DNA of 49,397 bases from Oligoflexus sp. (GCA_041736305.1 JBGSTX010000318.1:1-49397); one strand, 5' to 3'. Counted from the stretch's first letter, positions 1 through 11,073 are shown. Numbers and translations: made by a program. The notes: generated by a model from the letters alone, not told the origin.

Positions 1-7
1 AACTGGC

Positions 8-2926
8 ATGACGCCAAATCTGGAAGCAGACGTAATTGAGCATTTCACTATGACAGCCGCCGAACTTGAGATCATCACGACCAAGAGCGCTGCAAGTAAG
101 CTCGGATTTGCCTCCCTCTTCAAGTGCTTTCAGCGCGACGGGCGCTTTCCAGAGTGTCTTACGGAAATTTCCGATGCTGCTATGGACTATATGGCTGAAC
201 AAATTGGTGTGCCGACCAAAGCCAAGCAAAAATACGACATCGCTGGACGAAATGCCCGTTACCATCGTGCACAAATCCGAGATCTTATGGGTTTTCGAGA
301 ACCGACAAGCGAAGACGCTAAGAAGGTTAAAGCTTGGCTCATCAGCAAAATCTCAGGGGAAAATGTCAGCATCGATCGACTCGAAGAACTTGCCTACTCA
401 TGCTTTCGTGAAATGAAATCAGAGCCGCCAACGAGAGATCGCGTCGAACGCATTGCGCGGTCAGCGCTTCACGGCTTCGAGCGACATTTTTTCGAGATCA
501 TCCATGCGAAGCTTTCAGAAACTACAAAAAGTGCACTCGACAGACTATTAGAAGATAGAAATGAAAAACCAACATTCACCGAACTAAAAACAGACCCGGG
601 ACGCCCAGGAATCGAAAGCTTGCTTGGTGAGATCGCCAAGCTGAAGCGCATTCGCCAGCTCGGCCTGCCGAGCGACCTGTTCGCAGGATTTTCCCCAAAA
701 TTCTTAGATCGGCAAAAGCAACGCGTGGCGGTCGAGTTCCATCATGGAACAAGCCAGCACCCTGAATACATCAGGCATACACTTGTTGCAACATTCTGCT
801 TTGTTCGTAGCCGTGAGATCATTGATAGCTTGGTCGATCAGCTCATTCAAATGATCCATGGAATCAGCGCACGTTCAGAAAGAAAGGTCGAAAAAAAACT
901 CCTCAATGACCTCAGAAAGGTATCTGGCAAGACAAACATACTCTGCCAGCTTGCCGAGGCCGCTATTGAACATCCCGATGGGGTGATACGCGACGTCGTT
1001 TATCCGGTGGTTAGCGAAAAAACTCTCAAGGCGCTCGTTAAAGAGCTCAAGGCGACTGGGCCAGCCTACCGATCACAAGTTCAAACGGTTATGCGTGCTT
1101 CCTACCGGGGCCACTATAGACGGATGTTACCCGCCATCCTTTCAGCACTAGAATTTCGCTCGAATAATGATGCCCACAAACCTGTTATCCGTGGACTTGA
1201 GCTTCTAAAACGGTATGCGGATAGCCGTGTCCATTATTACGATCTTGATGAAGAGATTCCCCTCAAAGGAGTTGTCAAAAAAGAATGGTCCGATTTGGTA
1301 ATAGAAGTCGACAGTGAGGGCTGTGAGCGTATCAATCGCATCAACTATGAGATGACACTGCTACAGGCCCTTCGTGATAGGTTGCGCTGCAAAGAGATCT
1401 GGGTCGTCGGAGCTGATAGATATAGAAACCCTGACGATGATCTACCCGGTGACTTTGAAGATCGACGCGCTGAATATTACGCAGCCCTCTCATTGCCCAT
1501 GGAGTCAAAGACCTTTTGCAATAGAATTCAGTTAGCCATGATTGAGGGACTTGAAAATCTGGACCGATCAATGCCGAAAAACAATCAGGTCCGCATCCTC
1601 TCGAAATCTGATGGATGGATCTCGGTGACGCCACTAGATGCCCAGGCTGAGCCACAAAATCTTATTCGTCTTAAAACAGAAGTTGGTAAAAGATGGCCGA
1701 TGACGAGTCTCCTTGACGTTTTGAAAGAAGCCGACTTACGTATCGGCCTCACAGAGCGCTTTCAGGGGGCCGGCAACAGAGAGATTCTTGCTCCTGAAAT
1801 TTTACAAAAGCGGCTGCTCATGTGTCTCTATGGGCTGGGCACCAATACTGGCCTTAAACGAGTTACTGCAGCAATGCCAAACACAAATTATCAAGATCTA
1901 CTTTACGTACGGCGGCGATTTGTTAGCAAAGACGCACTACGTGCTGCGATTGCTGACGTTGCTAACGCAACCTTTCGCATACGCCAACCGCTAATATGGG
2001 GCGAAGGGACCACCGCATGCGCCTCGGACTCAAAAAAGTTTGGATCGTGGGATCAGAACCTGATGACTGAGTGGCACATTCGCTACGGAGGCCGCGGCGT
2101 AATGATTTACTGGCATGTAGAGAAAAATTCTATGTGCATTTACTCGCAACTAAAGACCTGCTCTTCTTCAGAAGTCGCTGCTATGATTGAAGGTGTGCTA
2201 CGCCATTGTACTGAAATGAATGTCGAGAAGAATTATGTCGACAGCCATGGCCAGAGCGAAGTCGGGTTTGCTTTTTGCCACCTACTAGGCTTCGAATTAA
2301 TGCCACGCTTTAAGCGAATTCACGCTCAAAAGCTCTATCGTCCGGTGTCGGGTAAGCCCGACAGCTATAAAAACTTGAAACCAGTTCTGACTCGCCCCAT
2401 CAACTGGGATCTCATCAATGAGCAGTACGATCAAATGGTAAAGTTCGCGACAGCCTTGCGTCTCGGCACAGCTGAGACGGAGGCCATACTCAAGCGATTT
2501 ACGAGGAACAACTTGAAACATCCAACCTATCAAGCACTCTCTGAGCTTGGTAAAGCTGTGAAGACGATCTTTCTTTGCCGCTACCTCAGTTCCGAGGCCG
2601 TGCGCCGAGAGATTCATGCCGGTCTCAATGTCGTTGAAAATTGGAATAGCGCTAACAGTTTTATCTTCTACGGGAAGAGTGGTGAAATCGCGACCAATCG
2701 GCTCGAGGACCAAGAAATATCAGTTCTATCGCTCCACCTTCTCCAAGCGTCGATGGTTTACGTAAATACACTTATGCTGCAACGAGTGCTGGTCGAGCCG
2801 GAATGGCTTGATCGAATGGAAAAAGATGATTTACGGGCACTTACGCCTCTGATTTATGCCCATATCAACCCTTACGGGACCTTCAAGCTCGATATGGACG
2901 AGCGTATGGCTTTAGATATTGCCTGA
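8..2926 (+). CDS. tnpA: Tn3-family transposase
   Basis: 972 aa with Tn3 DDE-region motifs ([46 protein letters not shown]). The resolvase and left end would lie upstream, outside the window. Confidence 0.95.
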   Translation: MTPNLEADVIEHFTMTAAELEIITTKSAASKLGFASLFKCFQRDGRFPECLTEISDAAMDYMAEQIGVPTKAKQKYDIAGRNARYHRAQIRDLMGFREPTSEDAKKVKAWLISKISGENVSIDRLEELAYSCFREMKSEPPTRDRVERIARSALHGFERHFFEIIHAKLSETTKSALDRLLEDRNEKPTFTELKTDPGRPGIESLLGEIAKLKRIRQLGLPSDLFAGFSPKFLDRQKQRVAVEFHHGTSQHPEYIRHTLVATFCFVRSREIIDSLVDQLIQMIHGISARSERKVEKKLLNDLRKVSGKTNILCQLAEAAIEHPDGVIRDVVYPVVSEKTLKALVKELKATGPAYRSQVQTVMRASYRGHYRRMLPAILSALEFRSNNDAHKPVIRGLELLKRYADSRVHYYDLDEEIPLKGVVKKEWSDLVIEVDSEGCERINRINYEMTLLQALRDRLRCKEIWVVGADRYRNPDDDLPGDFEDRRAEYYAALSLPMESKTFCNRIQLAMIEGLENLDRSMPKNNQVRILSKSDGWISVTPLDAQAEPQNLIRLKTEVGKRWPMTSLLDVLKEADLRIGLTERFQGAGNREILAPEILQKRLLMCLYGLGTNTGLKRVTAAMPNTNYQDLLYVRRRFVSKDALRAAIADVANATFRIRQPLIWGEGTTACASDSKKFGSWDQNLMTEWHIRYGGRGVMIYWHVEKNSMCIYSQLKTCSSSEVAAMIEGVLRHCTEMNVEKNYVDSHGQSEVGFAFCHLLGFELMPRFKRIHAQKLYRPVSGKPDSYKNLKPVLTRPINWDLINEQYDQMVKFATALRLGTAETEAILKRFTRNNLKHPTYQALSELGKAVKTIFLCRYLSSEAVRREIHAGLNVVENWNSANSFIFYGKSGEIATNRLEDQEISVLSLHLLQASMVYVNTLMLQRVLVEPEWLDRMEKDDLRALTPLIYAHINPYGTFKLDMDERMALDIA

Positions 2927-2962
2927 GCCCTTGATATGAAGGACTTTCCAGTCGAGTTTGCC

Positions 2963-3000
2963 GCTGGTGTCAGCGACCTTCATTCTGGGCCATATACCCC
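2963..3000 (-). mobile_element. Probable right terminal inverted repeat of the Tn3-family element
   Basis: Shortly after the tnpA stop the sequence ends in CCCC (2997-3000), reading GGGGTATATGGCCCAGAATG... on the minus strand. Tn3 IRs are about 38 bp and begin GGGG. The partner IR is not in the window, so the length is assumed. Confidence 0.5.
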
Positions 3001-3251
3001 AAGATCTTCAGGAAATACTCAATAAGTTTAAATGACAGGATTTCTTCACTAATCGCTGTAATTTAAGATCTAATTCTCATGTTAAAAATCACTATCCTGA
3101 CCCAAGGAATGTGGGTGATCGGAGATTTCGGAAGCTAAGTCTTCAAAACGAAATGTCACAGTATTGATAAGAAGATCCAGATCCATAGTCTTTCCTTTCA
3201 AAAGTGAGAAGCCACTGAAGTTCTATAAATATGAGAAATATCTTTTAGCCG

Positions 3252-3296
3252 TTCGGCCCTGATGCCGAAGTCGGAGACTTCGGCATCAGGGCCGAA
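3252..3296. repeat. Perfect 21-bp inverted repeat with a 3-nt loop
   Basis: TTCGGCCCTGATGCCGAAGTC-GGA-GACTTCGGCATCAGGGCCGAA. Confidence 0.9.
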
Positions 3297-3544
3297 GACA
3301 AACACCTGGCTTTAGATATCGCGCGCGATTGGTGCAGGGTATGCCGTCTGTCACCACAAAGCACCTGTGTAGATCTTACGCGACCATACGAAAAGCCAAA
3401 GACTCCTGACCAGGACAGAGAACAAGAAAGAACAAAGCCAACCGACGAGCACAAGCGATAATAAAGTAAAAAGACGCAGCTAGGGATTTTTCATAGAGCA
3501 CAGCTATCCGACGGTACGTCTGAAGACCGGAATAAACCCAGGGC

Positions 3545-3573
3545 TTGACATTCAATTGAAGTCGGCCTAACTA
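3545..3573 (+). promoter_or_regulatory. Sigma70-type promoter of the riboswitch-led operon
   Basis: Perfect TTGACA (3545-3550), 17-bp spacer, weak -10 TAACTA, just upstream of the riboswitch 5' stem. Confidence 0.55.
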
Positions 3574-3581
3574 CAAGCCTT

Positions 3582-3728
3582 GCAGAAAGTAAGAGACGGC
3601 AAGCTATTTGCCCTCTCCTTGGAAGTCGGTGAGAACCCGACGCAGTCGCGCTACTGTATGGGAGTTTAAAAAGAGCCTCAGTGAGGTTTCTAAGTAGAAC
3701 CCCGAGTCAGACCCAACTACTTAACTGC
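3582..3728 (+). ncRNA. Cobalamin riboswitch
   Basis: Core GGAAGTCGGTGAGAACCCGACGCAGTCGCGCTACTGTA, B12-box-like GAGTCAGAC, closing stem GCAG..AAGTA / TACTT..CTGC, and position upstream of Btu-like transport genes. Confidence 0.85.
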
Positions 3729-3806
3729 TGACAGCTACGCGTCTTTAGCTGGTCGGACCTTCACGTGCAATTTGCTGCGCAAAGATCGGACCAGCACGGA
3801 GTATCC

Positions 3807-4814
3807 ATGCTACGGTTCGTTTCTATGTTTTTTGTACTTTTCTCTTCGCTTGGCTTCAGCCTGCCGTTAACTTATGAAAATTGCTTCACTAGTAAACAAA
3901 TTGCCGCTATCCCCCAACGTATTTTACCTATCGATATTAACGCTACCGAGATAGCACTGGCTCTTGGCTTGGAGTCCCAGATGATCGCTACGGCCGGGGT
4001 TAGCGATCCTGAGCTAGTTCTGGCAGAATATCGCCAGGCATTTCTCAGTCTTCCTTCCCTATCGCCAAGCTACCCAAATGCCCTTTTAGTCTCAGGCAGT
4101 GGAACGGACTTGGTAATCGCTGGCTGGAACGCTGGATTTTTTACCCATAGTTCTTTGACACCGGAAGCTTTAGAAGCCAAGGGAATCGGTAGCTATACTC
4201 TGCGTGAGACCTGCAGCCATGTAGGAGCCAAAGGCATACCAACACTTTTTACCGCTACATTTATAGACATTGAAACGATCGCTCGCCTCACCGGCCGTGA
4301 AGAAGTAGGAGCACGTTTGATTGCGGCCATGCAGAAACGCTTAGTGCGCGTCCGCCGTCAAGTAGATCAATATGCTCGCCCTGAACCAGCCACCGTTTTC
4401 GTCTACGACAGCGGCATGGGTATTCCCTACACCGCGGGCGTAGGTAGCGTCTTGAGCGATGTCATTGCTAGTGCCGGCGGGCATAACGTTGCCAAAGACA
4501 TCGCTACCAACTGGGGAATGATGAATTGGGATAAAGTGGTCACTGCGGCGCCTGAAGTCATAATGATCGTCGACTATGGTTTTGGAGATGGTCTGCGCAA
4601 GCAGCGACTTCTTTTATCCAAACCTGAACTCCAGTCTGTGCCAGCGATTCGGCTTAAGAATTTTTTCATTACCCCTTATTCTGCAGCGCTATCGGGTGTT
4701 CGCAGTGTAGGTCTTACAGAAAGTTTTGCAGATCATTTGATCTGCAGTTTTTCTCCATACCTTAATCAAGGAGTTTTTACATGTTCAGATCAGCAGTATT
4801 CGCTTGTGGATTGA
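3807..4814 (+). CDS. ABC transporter substrate-binding protein (BtuF/FecB-like)
   Basis: Signal peptide; TEIALALGL, DLVIAGW and IMIVDYG motifs. ATG at 3807 chosen because it follows GGAG. Confidence 0.85.
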   Translation: MLRFVSMFFVLFSSLGFSLPLTYENCFTSKQIAAIPQRILPIDINATEIALALGLESQMIATAGVSDPELVLAEYRQAFLSLPSLSPSYPNALLVSGSGTDLVIAGWNAGFFTHSSLTPEALEAKGIGSYTLRETCSHVGAKGIPTLFTATFIDIETIARLTGREEVGARLIAAMQKRLVRVRRQVDQYARPEPATVFVYDSGMGIPYTAGVGSVLSDVIASAGGHNVAKDIATNWGMMNWDKVVTAAPEVIMIVDYGFGDGLRKQRLLLSKPELQSVPAIRLKNFFITPYSAALSGVRSVGLTESFADHLICSFSPYLNQGVFTCSDQQYSLVD

Positions 4815-5224
4815 TGAGTGCGACTTTGGCTTCTGCGCATCATGCCGAATGCACGACCGATAGTACAGACGGCTTTATGAGCTGCGGCGCTCACTCAGGC
4901 CAAGTTAGCTTTTCGCTGCAAAATTTCGGAGATGTTAAAGTCAATACGCAGCAACTTCTCCTCTGCGGAGACAAGCCGGTAGCTATCGAAAAACTCAACT
5001 TTCAATGGGTAGAATCTGATGACTCTGCAACCCATTTTCCTATGCAAAACCTCAAAACCAGACAAATATCACCTGAGTGCTTTCTACTCGGCGGACTTAA
5101 CTTCACGCCACCTGCTGACTACGCAGCGGCTGAGCAAAACGCCTGGAAACTCGACATCTACGTAAACGGCGTTGACGTTCCTAGCAGTGTATATGTCGAA
5201 GCTAGACCTTTGGCTGTACAGTAA
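4781..5224 (+). CDS. Secreted hypothetical protein, His/Cys-containing, possibly metal-binding
   Basis: Signal peptide ending ASA followed by HHAEC; GGAG RBS; lies inside the operon. Confidence 0.6.
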   Translation: MFRSAVFACGLMSATLASAHHAECTTDSTDGFMSCGAHSGQVSFSLQNFGDVKVNTQQLLLCGDKPVAIEKLNFQWVESDDSATHFPMQNLKTRQISPECFLLGGLNFTPPADYAAAEQNAWKLDIYVNGVDVPSSVYVEARPLAVQ

Positions 5225-5548
5225 ATGGTACCTGCAGGTTTGAAATTTTCGCTGCTTATTGCATTTTGTTTGAGTAACTTACCGGTCTATGGGGCACGCC
5301 TTGAACCGCTGCTGCGGGAGCGAGTCGAAAAAGTCTGCGGCTTTTGCCATTATACCGAGTACTTCGATGCCAATAGCGGGCAATTTGTCGAAGAATTATT
5401 TTGGAATAAGCGCGATGAAATTTTGCGCCGACTGCGAGCTGAAGTGGGCTCAAAAGAAATTATGCCTCCCAAGCGTAGTCCCCTGCAGCTCAGCGAGACC
5501 GAGCGTGAAGACCTGATTGAAGCCCTTAAAGCGCTTGAAAGGCCCTGA
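5225..5548 (+). CDS. Small c-type cytochrome-like protein
   Basis: Signal peptide, CGFCH (CxxCH) heme motif, distal MPP motif and C-terminal LSETERE helix. Confidence 0.7.
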   Translation: MVPAGLKFSLLIAFCLSNLPVYGARLEPLLRERVEKVCGFCHYTEYFDANSGQFVEELFWNKRDEILRRLRAEVGSKEIMPPKRSPLQLSETEREDLIEALKALERP

Positions 5549-5549
5549 A

Positions 5550-5954
5550 ATGGACGTTTTGCATGTCTGCACCGCTTGCCGCTATAGCAAGGACGAGCCA
5601 AGCTTGGATGGCAAGCGTGGTGGCCAGTTGCTCTACGACCGACTTCTTGCTGCAACGGAGCTTGTGCCTTTGGAAGTTCGCTCCGTTGATTGCCTAAGCG
5701 TCTGCAGCAAGAACTGCGTTGTGGCTTTCACCGCTGAGACTAAAACCACTTTGGTTTTCGCTTCTCTTGATGTTAAAAACAGGCTTGATGTCACTATCGA
5801 GGCCCTAATCACATTCGGGGCCTCCTACGCACAATCGATAGATGGCTTTTTCCTTCGTCGCCAACGTCCATTTATTTTACAAGACAAACTGCATGTTAGG
5901 GTCCCGCCCGCACCAAGATTAGCGCGCAGCGATTGGCCCATTTGCCAAACTTGA
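5550..5954 (+). CDS. DUF1636-family Cys-rich protein
   Basis: LHVCTAC, VDCLSVC..C and a C-terminal R.PP pattern. This family is commonly found in cobalamin loci. Confidence 0.8.
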   Translation: MDVLHVCTACRYSKDEPSLDGKRGGQLLYDRLLAATELVPLEVRSVDCLSVCSKNCVVAFTAETKTTLVFASLDVKNRLDVTIEALITFGASYAQSIDGFFLRRQRPFILQDKLHVRVPPAPRLARSDWPICQT

Positions 5955-5971
5955 TCGGAATAAGCACGAGA

Positions 5972-8122
5972 ATGCGTATTTTATTGCTCAATATGTTTCT
6001 TGTTTCCTATGTTCTATTTCCAGGTCGACTGACTTATGCTCAAGATTCTTCAGCTGACGACAAACCTGAATCAATTCTTGTCATTGGCAAAAGAGAGGGG
6101 AGCGATGGACTTGATTTGAAAAAAACAAGTCAGACCGGTAGCCGTCTAGGTATACCCTTGCGCGAGACGCCTGCTTCGGTAGAGATCATTGATCAAAATA
6201 AAATGCTGGAACGAGGCCAGGGAACTTTGCTCGAAGCTGTAGAAAATGCTGCAGGTATGAGCGGTGGAAATCCACCGGGAGCCCCGACGATTTTTTCGAC
6301 GCGAGGCTTCTCAGGCGATAGTGTTAGCATTTTATATAATGGTGTCCGCATCGCTAATCCAGGTATGAGCACCAGCCCCGGTGACACCTGGAACCTTGAA
6401 CAGATAGAAATTCTCAAAGGACCTGCATCTGTGCTTCATGGCTATGGTGCTGTCGGTGGGGCGGTCAACTATATAAGCAAGCGCGCCAAGCCCAGCCCTC
6501 AACAGTTTGAAGGTCTGCTCACCGTTGGATCTTGGAATAAGGTCCGCTTGGGATTAGGAACTGGCGGACCACTGAGCGATGATTTCTATTACCGCATGGA
6601 TGTGAGCCAGCAAACTGCTGATACTTTTGTCGACAACGCCCCCTATCGCTATCAAGCAGCCTCGGCTTCATTTTTATATAATTGGAGCGACAGCTGGAGT
6701 TTTGGACTCGATATCGAAGTCACGCATAACGATATTTCTAGCTACTTCGGCACTCCTTTAGTCAACCGTGACCTCGACAAGCGCTTTTTCTTCAAAAATT
6801 ATAATGTTAAAGATGATAAAACTTTAATAGATGCAAATTGGCTTCGTTTTTACGCGGACTGGAAAGCATCTTCAGATCTGACTTTTAAAAATATGGTCTA
6901 TCGTTACAAGGCAAACAGGCATTGGAAAAACGTCGAGTATTACAGCTACGATCCCGCGCAAGATCAGGTTTTGGCAAGTGACCTCATCGAGATTAAACAC
7001 GATCAGACTTTGATCGGCAATCAGCTGACGATGACTCTGAAGCAACGGCCTTTTGGGCTCGACAACAGTTTCCTGGTAGGGATCGACGTATCCCAAAATA
7101 CATTTACGCATACCAATAATTCTGGGTACGGCGGTTCCTTTTCCTTCGACCCTGATACACCTCAAGCGATGACCTTCGACGATTCACGGCAGCAGTTGAC
7201 TTTGCCAAAACGCCAAACAGTAGATCAGCATACCGCGCTGTTTGTAGAAGATCGCCTCATTTTCAACCCCGCATTTCAATTGGTTCTAGGAGCGAGAAGC
7301 GATACGACTCAGCTCCGATCAAAGCGCTTGAATTTGGACACTGACCTTCAAGGGCAAACCTTGGGCACGCTAGAACCTAGCTTTACCAAAAATTTGCAGG
7401 GGACCACAGGTCGCATTGGGGTGGTCTCTGAGGTAAGCTCGAATACATTTCTCTTCGCTCAGCATACAACGGCTGAATCTAGCCCCGTCAGTCTTGTCAA
7501 TTTAGCGAAACGCTCCGAAGATTTCAAAATGGAAAAATCACGTCAGTTTGAATTGGGAATTAAGCAGGCGTTGAATCTCGGCCTAGACTACACATTTAGT
7601 CTTTACCAAATCAGCCGGCAGAATCTCTTCACCCGCGATCCAAAAGACCCAAGTCGCACGGAGCAGATAGGACAGCAGTCGTCGCAGGGAGCCGAGCTAG
7701 CTTTGTCGTGGCGCCCGCTACGCACGCTAACCTGGGAAGGCAATATTTCCCTATTAAAAGCTAAGTTTGATACTTTCTACTCGCAGGAGAACAACGTTCC
7801 TATATCCTATCGCGGCAAAAAGCCTAGTAATGTCCCTGAAAAAGTGTTTAATTCGTCGTTAGATTACCATTGGAAGCAGCTGGCAATACTGTTCGGTGTG
7901 CGTTATATCTCTGAGCGACAGGCTGATTTTTCAAATTCCTTCTCCTATCCCGCCTACACCTTGGTGCATTCAGCTTTAACCTATAAGTTCGAAAGCTCTG
8001 AAATCAGCCTTCTTGGAAAAAATTTGACTGACAAACGATATATCCAGTGGGGGGATGGGGGTGATATGGCGTTGTTGGGTCAACCTCTCTCCTGGGAAAT
8101 TTCACTTCACACCAGTCTTTGA
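5972..8122 (+). CDS. TonB-dependent outer-membrane receptor (riboswitch context suggests corrinoid or cobalt)
   Basis: Plug motifs (ETPASVEII, RGF, IEILKGPASVLHGYGAVGGAVNYISK) and a beta-barrel C-terminus (KNLTDKRY). Start codon uncertain. Confidence 0.9.
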   Translation: MRILLLNMFLVSYVLFPGRLTYAQDSSADDKPESILVIGKREGSDGLDLKKTSQTGSRLGIPLRETPASVEIIDQNKMLERGQGTLLEAVENAAGMSGGNPPGAPTIFSTRGFSGDSVSILYNGVRIANPGMSTSPGDTWNLEQIEILKGPASVLHGYGAVGGAVNYISKRAKPSPQQFEGLLTVGSWNKVRLGLGTGGPLSDDFYYRMDVSQQTADTFVDNAPYRYQAASASFLYNWSDSWSFGLDIEVTHNDISSYFGTPLVNRDLDKRFFFKNYNVKDDKTLIDANWLRFYADWKASSDLTFKNMVYRYKANRHWKNVEYYSYDPAQDQVLASDLIEIKHDQTLIGNQLTMTLKQRPFGLDNSFLVGIDVSQNTFTHTNNSGYGGSFSFDPDTPQAMTFDDSRQQLTLPKRQTVDQHTALFVEDRLIFNPAFQLVLGARSDTTQLRSKRLNLDTDLQGQTLGTLEPSFTKNLQGTTGRIGVVSEVSSNTFLFAQHTTAESSPVSLVNLAKRSEDFKMEKSRQFELGIKQALNLGLDYTFSLYQISRQNLFTRDPKDPSRTEQIGQQSSQGAELALSWRPLRTLTWEGNISLLKAKFDTFYSQENNVPISYRGKKPSNVPEKVFNSSLDYHWKQLAILFGVRYISERQADFSNSFSYPAYTLVHSALTYKFESSEISLLGKNLTDKRYIQWGDGGDMALLGQPLSWEISLHTSL

Positions 8123-8144
8123 ACGATTGTAAGGAGAAAGCTTA

Positions 8145-9113
8145 ATGGGTTTACTTCGCACAACCCTGCTTGCCTTTTTCTGCTGTATTTCAGTCAGAAT
8201 AGTGGCGGCCACTTTTGAAAAAGTAAGTTACCAAAGCTGCGGCGAGACCCAGATTTTAAGCGCAGGCCCTCAGCGTGCGATCAGCATTGATATCAACACG
8301 ACTGAAATCATGCTTTCACTTGGACTAGGCTCGCGCATGGTGGCGTTCGCCGGAATTGAAGATCATAAACTTATTTTGCCCGCACTTAACTCTGAAGCTT
8401 TGCATCTTGCTTCGATCAAAGCTTCGTATCCTAGTCTTGAAAGTTTAGTGGCGCTGAGGCCAGATTTTGTATTTGCCGGTTGGCAGTATGGTTTCTCCGA
8501 AGCGTCGGGATTAACGCCTCGCCGGTTAGCAGGGTTCGGAATTGCTAGCTATGCACTCAACGAATCTTGCATCCGGGTTCGCAGCCGCATCGATATTAGT
8601 TTTGAAGATGTCTACTCTGATATTAGAACCATAGGCAGAATATTTGGCGTCGAGGCACGCGCCGAGGCTCTCATTGCTGACTACTCGCGGCGGGCAGCAG
8701 ACATAAAAATGCAAGCTGCCAAGTTTAAGTCACACAAAATTTTCCTCTACGACAGTGGTGAAGCCAGTCCCTTCACCGCAGGACATTATGGTATTCCTAC
8801 CGCCATGATCGAAATTCTTGGTTCGAAAAATATTTTTGACGATCTGCCGATGAACTGGGTTGCCGTCAGCTGGGAAGATGTGGTCCAACGTCGGCCTGAA
8901 TTTATCATTATCGTTGATTATGGTGATCAAAGTGCTGATAAAAAACGTCAGTTTATCGCGAGAAAGTTAAAAAATAGTGGTATTTCTTTGATGGATCAGG
9001 GGCGCTACATAGTTTTGCCATATGCGGCGGTAACCCCTGGGATTCGTACAATTGATGCCACAGAAAAGTTGATGCAGGCTCTGCAAAAAGCTTTTCCTGA
9101 TACACGGACGTGA
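8145..9113 (+). CDS. Second ABC substrate-binding protein, paralog of 3807-4814
   Basis: TEIMLSLGL, PDFVFAGW and IIIVDYG motifs; AAGGAG RBS. Confidence 0.88.
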   Translation: MGLLRTTLLAFFCCISVRIVAATFEKVSYQSCGETQILSAGPQRAISIDINTTEIMLSLGLGSRMVAFAGIEDHKLILPALNSEALHLASIKASYPSLESLVALRPDFVFAGWQYGFSEASGLTPRRLAGFGIASYALNESCIRVRSRIDISFEDVYSDIRTIGRIFGVEARAEALIADYSRRAADIKMQAAKFKSHKIFLYDSGEASPFTAGHYGIPTAMIEILGSKNIFDDLPMNWVAVSWEDVVQRRPEFIIIVDYGDQSADKKRQFIARKLKNSGISLMDQGRYIVLPYAAVTPGIRTIDATEKLMQALQKAFPDTRT

Positions 9114-9114
9114 C

Positions 9115-10134
9115 ATGATAAGTTTGCCGCAAATACTATGGGCGCTAGCTCTTTTGGGGCTTATGCTGATTACTCTCAAAGCCATGGGCAGCGGCACGAG
9201 CTCTCTTACCCTCCAGGAAATTTGGGCTAGCTGCCATCACCGATGGATCGATGGACCAGCGCTCTCACTCGAGCTGCAGAATAAAGATATGATTCTGTGG
9301 TCCATTAGGATACCGCGTGTGCTCATGGCTGGACTAAGTGGGGCAGGCCTATCTTTGGTAGGTGCCACAATTCAGGCCCTGGTGCGCAACCCCATGGCTG
9401 ATCCCTGGCTCCTGGGTGTTTCTTCAGGAGCATCATTAGGTGCCGTGTTAGTCATTGTCAGCGGCATTTCACTATTTGGCATACTCTCGATTCAGCTGTT
9501 CGCTTTTATTGGTGCCGTCTTCGCTGCAAGCGTGATTTATTTCTTTGCGCGCCAAGGCTACAAATTTTCTTCAACCCGTCTTATTTTTACAGGTTTGGCC
9601 ATTTCTTTTTGCTTAGAAGCTCTGACGCAAATCATCATCTTTACCGCCGGTCGCCATTCACAGGTTCAAAATGTAATGTTCTGGACCATGGGAAGTTTTG
9701 GTTCGGTAGAAAACACCGATCTATGGATTCCGGCACTGGCGGTCGGCTATGGTTTTGTGTTTTTGTTTCGTTCACGGCATGAATTAAATATTGCCTGCCT
9801 CAGCGAGGTGAAGGCTTTCTCTCTAGGTCTCGATTTAAAGCGGTTTCGACGCCAATTATTTCTACTTTCGGCAGCTTTGACCTCGGTTTTAGTGTCGGTG
9901 ACCGGCTCGATTGGCTTTGTAGGCCTCATGGTTCCACATGTCTTGCGCCTAATTCTAGGTAACGATTATCGTCTCTTGATACCTGGCTGTCTTATAGGCG
10001 GGTCAGCGTTTATGATCGCTGCGGATGCTTTGGCTCGCAACTTCTTTAGTCCACAAGAAATTCCTATCGGAGTGATCACGGCGCTGCTTGGTTCGCCCAT
10101 CTTTATCTGGCTCATGCGGGGCTCGCATGAGTGA
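9115..10134 (+). CDS. FecCD/BtuC-family ABC permease
   Basis: IRIPRV, RNPMADPWLLGVSSGA, GSIGFVGLMVPH and EIPIGVITALLG motifs. Confidence 0.92.
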   Translation: MISLPQILWALALLGLMLITLKAMGSGTSSLTLQEIWASCHHRWIDGPALSLELQNKDMILWSIRIPRVLMAGLSGAGLSLVGATIQALVRNPMADPWLLGVSSGASLGAVLVIVSGISLFGILSIQLFAFIGAVFAASVIYFFARQGYKFSSTRLIFTGLAISFCLEALTQIIIFTAGRHSQVQNVMFWTMGSFGSVENTDLWIPALAVGYGFVFLFRSRHELNIACLSEVKAFSLGLDLKRFRRQLFLLSAALTSVLVSVTGSIGFVGLMVPHVLRLILGNDYRLLIPGCLIGGSAFMIAADALARNFFSPQEIPIGVITALLGSPIFIWLMRGSHE

Positions 10135-10888
10135 GTCATCGTCTATGTCGGTCGAAAAACTGTCGATTGAGCTCAAAAATCGGCAGATTCTACAAGATAT
10201 ATCTTTCGATGTAATGCCAGGTGAATGGCTTGGAATTATCGGTCCCAATGGTAGCGGCAAATCCACTCTTCTCCGCGCTTTGGTCGGATTTATCAAGCCA
10301 ACGCAAGGCGTAGTTCGCATCGACAATCAATCGTTAGTTAGTCTATCGCCGCTACAGCGAGCCCGCACGATGGCTTACATACAGCAAGAAACGCCGGCTA
10401 TGCAGGGCTTTAAAGTCAGATCTTTTTTAAATTTGGCCTATCATCCCCTGCAGGGCGTTCACGATAGGGAGTTATGGCTTAAAGAATGTGAGAGGCTGTG
10501 CGAAGAGTTTCAATTAAAAGATCGCTGGAACTCCTCGCTGGACGAACTATCTGGCGGCGAACGGCAGCGCGTGATGCTAGTCCAAAGCCTTTTACAGATG
10601 CCTAAAATTCTGTTACTCGACGAGCTCACCAATCATCTGGACATCTACTTTCAGATGGAAATCATGCATAAGCTACAAAAGCTGGCTATCACCAAGATCA
10701 CTGTTCTTCATGATTTAAATTTAGCAGCGCGTTTTTGTGATCGCATTCTTATGCTGCAAGGAGGCCAAATTTTTGGATTAGGCGCTCCAAATAGTCTGTT
10801 CACTCAAAAAATTATATTCGATCTTTTCGGCGTCGATTGCCAAATTGCATACCAAGGCGACTCGATATCTTATATACGATGGACATAA
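10127..10888 (+). CDS. ABC transporter ATP-binding protein (FecE/BtuD-like)
   Basis: Walker A GPNGSGKST, signature LSGGERQR, Walker B LLLDE, and LHDLNLA. Confidence 0.92.
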   Translation: MSESSSMSVEKLSIELKNRQILQDISFDVMPGEWLGIIGPNGSGKSTLLRALVGFIKPTQGVVRIDNQSLVSLSPLQRARTMAYIQQETPAMQGFKVRSFLNLAYHPLQGVHDRELWLKECERLCEEFQLKDRWNSSLDELSGGERQRVMLVQSLLQMPKILLLDELTNHLDIYFQMEIMHKLQKLAITKITVLHDLNLAARFCDRILMLQGGQIFGLGAPNSLFTQKIIFDLFGVDCQIAYQGDSISYIRWT

Positions 10889-11073
10889 GCATTCTTATCA
10901 AGATGGCTTATTCTCGCAAACTTTTGGGCAACGAGTTGGTCTTTCGCATTACCAACTATGAAAGGCGCTACATACTGTCTTTGGCATCTTTTAAATACTA
11001 AGATCAATCTCGTTTAAGAGCCTTCTATTCCGCATTCTTTGCAGCAATCAACATATTTGCTATTGTTGCCGCC

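Noticed and set aside
3154-3180. TGTCACA as a fourth ECF promoter
   Set aside because: No CGTA or TGTA at the 16-bp spacing, and no gene directly downstream.
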